DNA of 64,000 nucleotides from an uncultured bacterium (GTDB lineage Bacteria; Babelota; Babeliae; Babelales; Babelaceae): NCBI GenBank assembly GCA_963819815.1, contig CAWFXL010000001.1, positions 1,248,001 to 1,312,000 of the forward strand, read 5' to 3'. Shown piece by piece: positions 60,415 to 64,000 of this stretch (position 1 is its first letter; each line of letters starts with the position of its first letter). The notes under the pieces were generated by a model. It saw only the letters and a program-made list of their open reading frames with translations, ran no database searches and was not told where the DNA came from. The position numbers and the translations under genes were made by a program.

Positions 60415-61596
60415 ATGAAAAGTTTCTATCTATCCTTTAAAGAAACCCATTTTACCTGGCTGCTCTTTATTTTTTCTAGTTTGAGTACACCTGCTTATTC
60501 GATGGTGTCCTGTGCCCTATTAAAGCAAGCTACGGATAAAGCTACCATTAAGTTGATTATCATAGGCGACGGACATAATCTTGCATGTGATACTGTAGAT
60601 AAAATTATTGATCTTATTGAGACTACAGAACAATCACAGCCGGTACATTGTATCGTTGAGGCTCCTGATCTTTCAGATCCACGAAATCTACTCTGTTTTG
60701 AAGGAGCACCGACGGTGAACAAGATTGTTTCTTATGCTCAACAGTCTACCTCTGGTGACAAACTTCGTGTTATTAGAGCGGATAAACGGAGTCATGAAGA
60801 AAGATTAGCGGGAAGCTGTCTAAACGATATCATTCTTTTCGCAAATTCTGTGAGTCGGGGGGAACTACAAGAAAATCAGATTACTTCTTTCATCGAAAAG
60901 TCCATAGAAGATGCTTCATTAAGTTGGGAAACGATTGATGATTTTTACAGGGCTCTTGAAAATAACTATGCATATGTAACTTCTTTAAAAGTACGCTTTC
61001 AAAAGCAACAACCAGCTCTTGCGGATTTTATTGATGCTTCCATGAAAACTTTTCTTCAAGCCCGGGCTGAAATAATGAGTATGCTCGATGGATCTCGTTT
61101 ACCATTGCGAGCAGCCATTTGGAAGCTCTTTAAAGATTGTAACACACTTGAAAAACTTGATGATCGCCAGCGCATGATAAGAGTCCTATTTACCGGACTT
61201 AGCGATCCGATTCTCGAATTAGCATATATTGAACAGTTTCTCATTCTTTCTCAAGGTGGCATGAAATATATCATTTTCGTCGTTGGGCATGCCCATCTTG
61301 CACCTCTCCTTAAGCTGTGCAATACATTGCACATGCAGGAACTTGTCAAAATAACACGACTTGAAGAGCGAGAGCCGAGAACTTATTATGTATCGAAGAG
61401 TGTTTCGAGTGCCGATGTTAGTCAGTGCATTATAAGTTCGCTTAAGGATTTACTTGTTGAAGAGTGTTTTTGCAGAGGATGTTTAAAAAAGGAAGCTTTG
61501 CAAAGATGCTCAGCTTGTAAGAAAGTGTGCTATTGCTCAGTTTCATGTCAATCCAAAGATTGGCAGGATCACAAGAAAACCTGTAAGCAGTTATAG
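60415..61596 (+). CDS. Secreted protein with TIKI/ChaN-like motifs and C-terminal MYND zinc finger
   Basis: IIGDGH...CIVE...DKR...FVVGHAH; CRGC-x8-CSAC-x5-CSVSCQSKDWQDHKKTC; start could instead be 60388. Confidence 0.85.
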   Translation: MKSFYLSFKETHFTWLLFIFSSLSTPAYSMVSCALLKQATDKATIKLIIIGDGHNLACDTVDKIIDLIETTEQSQPVHCIVEAPDLSDPRNLLCFEGAPTVNKIVSYAQQSTSGDKLRVIRADKRSHEERLAGSCLNDIILFANSVSRGELQENQITSFIEKSIEDASLSWETIDDFYRALENNYAYVTSLKVRFQKQQPALADFIDASMKTFLQARAEIMSMLDGSRLPLRAAIWKLFKDCNTLEKLDDRQRMIRVLFTGLSDPILELAYIEQFLILSQGGMKYIIFVVGHAHLAPLLKLCNTLHMQELVKITRLEEREPRTYYVSKSVSSADVSQCIISSLKDLLVEECFCRGCLKKEALQRCSACKKVCYCSVSCQSKDWQDHKKTCKQL

Positions 61597-61971
61597 GCTC
61601 AGCAAGCTCTGTAAAAAAGATATCTGCTGGTCATCAAGAAAAGACTTGTAATCTAGAGTTAGTAACACCATATAGTCGCTTTTCAACAAGGCAAGTATGA
61701 GGCGTCAAGACCGGAGCCGCACGTGTGGGTTTAGGAGTACTTGAAAGCAGTGACTATTTTCTCACTTAGACTGTACAATCCAATGTCGATTCTGGAACAT
61801 GTGCAGCACATTCAAAAAAGAGACCTATTTAGATTCACGGGTATATGATGCAGGCGTGTTGTATATGCACAAAAAGTTGACGCTACAAAGGACGAGCGCT
61901 ACACTTGCCTTGTGTATGTGTCCTAAGCACTGAAGTTTAGTCGACATTCTTACAAATCAAAGGAGGTTGGG

Positions 61972-63915
61972 ATGTGCGGCCTGATCTTTTGTATCATTAT
62001 TCTCTCAAATAAAATAAAGCAATTTCTTGTAACTCGATCTACAGGTGAGTATTCTGTAACTCCTAGTGTGAAGTCTTATGTCTGTAGCAAACTACACCCA
62101 CTTGTAGGTGTATTCTTGCTTGTTTGCTTACCACTTTCAGGTTCTGCGATGGTGCTCGATAGACAGACACCTCAGAATGAGAATGTTGCGGTAACTACTG
62201 AGCTAGAAGCTAGTGCTGTTCAGTCCAACTATGCGCTTATGCAACCTGTACTCGTAAGTAAACTTGGAGAAGGCGAGCTTAGCGTAGCACATGATGATGC
62301 ATGTTTGGTAGCAAAGTTCTTATTGTATCTTGATCGTGCAGGGGATCGTAAGCATTATCTTCTCGATCCAGTTAAACTACAGAAACTTCTCTACTATGTG
62401 CAAGGGTATGCGTTAGCAATCTATGGCAAAACTCTTTTTGCACAGCAAATGGTTCGTCATAATCATGGTGCCTTAGAGTGGGATGTGTTTCAGCATTTTA
62501 AGGGCCAAAGTTTCATACCAGATGACCAAGTTGCCGCATTAGGATATGATGCAAGTCAATACAATCACGCGTTTAAAGCGCATGTAGGAAGTGTTTTTGA
62601 AATGAAAAAGATGTGTGAAACATGGAAGCTTGTTGAGCAGCATCACCAAGAAGCGCCATACCTTATGGCTCAACAAGGACAAGTAATAAACTCAGATTCC
62701 TTGAGAGCATTTTTTAGTGATCCAAAGGAGGTAATAAAATATTGTGTTGGTCGTTTAATAACAGCAGCAGATAGCTCAGAAATTGCCGAGCTTATCAGAT
62801 ATATGCGAGAGTATATTTCCTATGGTCAGTTTGACAAAAAGCAGCTCTTAGAAATCGAACGTTATCTGTTGAGATCAAAAGATCAACTTGAGCGGGTATA
62901 TGCGCGGTATGAAGCTTCTGCTACGATTGCGTGGCGCGGCCAAACACCGCTGCAGACACTGTTGGGCCATTTCTTTTTTCCAGTACACTGTGAGTATGGT
63001 GCTGAGCCAATAGCTTTACTACAAATACGTGAGCCAATGCAATTAAGAATTGCTCTCTCAGCATCCCATGGGCATATACTTGCGCAATCCTATTGTGTTG
63101 AAATTCTCTCTTTATATGAAACAAATTCCCCCCCTTTTATAGAGGCGGTGGTACGGTATTTTGGAGAGACAGCTGCGAGTACTCATCAACTGTGCCTTGA
63201 AAACCCTTCGGATGGTTCAATGCCTTTTTATCTGTGTGGGCTTTATTGCATGTCTCGTAATAAGCTCAGTGGAGCACTTGCTCATTTTAAAAAAGGATTT
63301 GAGAGGGGAGATCCTTGGTGCAGATACCGCTATATTCTTATGATGCGTAACGCAGAAAAAAAACGGGAAGCGATGGCACGACAACCAAACATCCAAGAGC
63401 GCAAGGCATTAGCTTTAGAAGAATTACTTCAAGCGCGTATACTAGGTGATGTTAGCTTACGCATGGCGCATTATGTAAAGGCCGGTACACAGGGTATGGC
63501 CGAAGGATATCATTCAGCAGCGATTCTTGCCCGCGCACAAGGTGATGCAGTGACTGCTCGAAACTATTTCCTACTTGCAGCAAGAAATCATCTATTAAGC
63601 GACTTTGAAGAAGAAGCTTCAGTTCTGATTTCTCAAAATTGCATCGATAAAGCGAAGGTGGTCTATGAAACTATGGCGAAAGCTGGCGATGAAGCCGGAT
63701 TAATGCGTCTTGCAGCACTCTATATGAGAAATGAATGTATAGATGAAGCAAACAAGTTCTATGAAAAAGCTGGGTTGCGAGGATTGGAACAGATGGTCAT
63801 TAATGCAGTTCCTTGTAGTGAAGAGTTCATTCGATTGTCTGCGCGATGCCACACGTATAAACAAGATAGATTTAATGAACTGTTAACTCTTAGTAAAGGA
63901 GATCGGATCTCATGA
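61972..63915 (+). CDS. Panacea (SocA/DUF4065)-like domain fused to Sel1/TPR-like repeats
   Basis: VAKFLL...KLQKLLYYVQG...LF...HGA...LVEQHHQEAPY; repeats ending FKKGFERGD, YVKAGTQG, FYEKAG; alternative GTG start at 62068 gives a signal peptide. Confidence 0.8.
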   Translation: MCGLIFCIIILSNKIKQFLVTRSTGEYSVTPSVKSYVCSKLHPLVGVFLLVCLPLSGSAMVLDRQTPQNENVAVTTELEASAVQSNYALMQPVLVSKLGEGELSVAHDDACLVAKFLLYLDRAGDRKHYLLDPVKLQKLLYYVQGYALAIYGKTLFAQQMVRHNHGALEWDVFQHFKGQSFIPDDQVAALGYDASQYNHAFKAHVGSVFEMKKMCETWKLVEQHHQEAPYLMAQQGQVINSDSLRAFFSDPKEVIKYCVGRLITAADSSEIAELIRYMREYISYGQFDKKQLLEIERYLLRSKDQLERVYARYEASATIAWRGQTPLQTLLGHFFFPVHCEYGAEPIALLQIREPMQLRIALSASHGHILAQSYCVEILSLYETNSPPFIEAVVRYFGETAASTHQLCLENPSDGSMPFYLCGLYCMSRNKLSGALAHFKKGFERGDPWCRYRYILMMRNAEKKREAMARQPNIQERKALALEELLQARILGDVSLRMAHYVKAGTQGMAEGYHSAAILARAQGDAVTARNYFLLAARNHLLSDFEEEASVLISQNCIDKAKVVYETMAKAGDEAGLMRLAALYMRNECIDEANKFYEKAGLRGLEQMVINAVPCSEEFIRLSARCHTYKQDRFNELLTLSKGDRIS

Positions 63916-64000
63916 AGCTCATTACATTCATATTGAGTATTTTTTGTTTACAGCATACTGTTGCGGGTACCTTGCAACTTATAGTATTTGAACCTGGTGA

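Noticed and set aside
610..63343. Numerous 60-170 aa ORFs antisense to or nested in long genes
   Set aside because: They overlap well-supported genes and lack RBS or family motifs
1..64000. tRNA, rRNA, transposase, integrase, reverse transcriptase or prophage genes
   Set aside because: None recognised by manual reading; a tRNAscan-SE/Infernal/HMM run would be needed to exclude them formally

Overview
AT-rich bacterial chromosome segment. By inference from gene content it comes from an intracellular parasite of protists, most likely Ca. Dependentiae/Babeliota (TM6): it has many signal-peptide proteins with ankyrin, MYND, J-like and Sel1-like domains and an archaeal-type ValRS. The housekeeping backbone is radA, tdk, a trmH-family gene, ybeY, valS, glyA, efp, nusB, ndk, rpsA, a transaldolase/fsa gene, leuS, alaX and two DEAD-box helicases. 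It is interleaved with a partial type II secretion cluster (gspF-G-H-I-J-K plus an MCE gene) and many candidate secreted effectors, several in tandem paralog arrays. Main observations: (1) eight candidate effectors have Met directly after the predicted signal-peptide cleavage site, mostly as M-D/E/N/Q; (2) unusual domain fusions (ankyrin+2H phosphoesterase, Panacea+Sel1-like, TIKI/ChaN-like+MYND, J-domains lacking HPD); (3) two integrase-free insertions, each bounded by a diverged duplicate of a host gene 3' end, one of them nested and carrying a mobile-mystery A/B pair with four palindromic boxes; (4) two candidate leader peptides; (5) a P1B-ATPase without the Cys motif; (6) three one-base-excess frameshifts, one in valS, which may be assembly errors. 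No rRNA, tRNA, CRISPR array or transposase was recognised. All family assignments are by eye from motifs; no database search was run.
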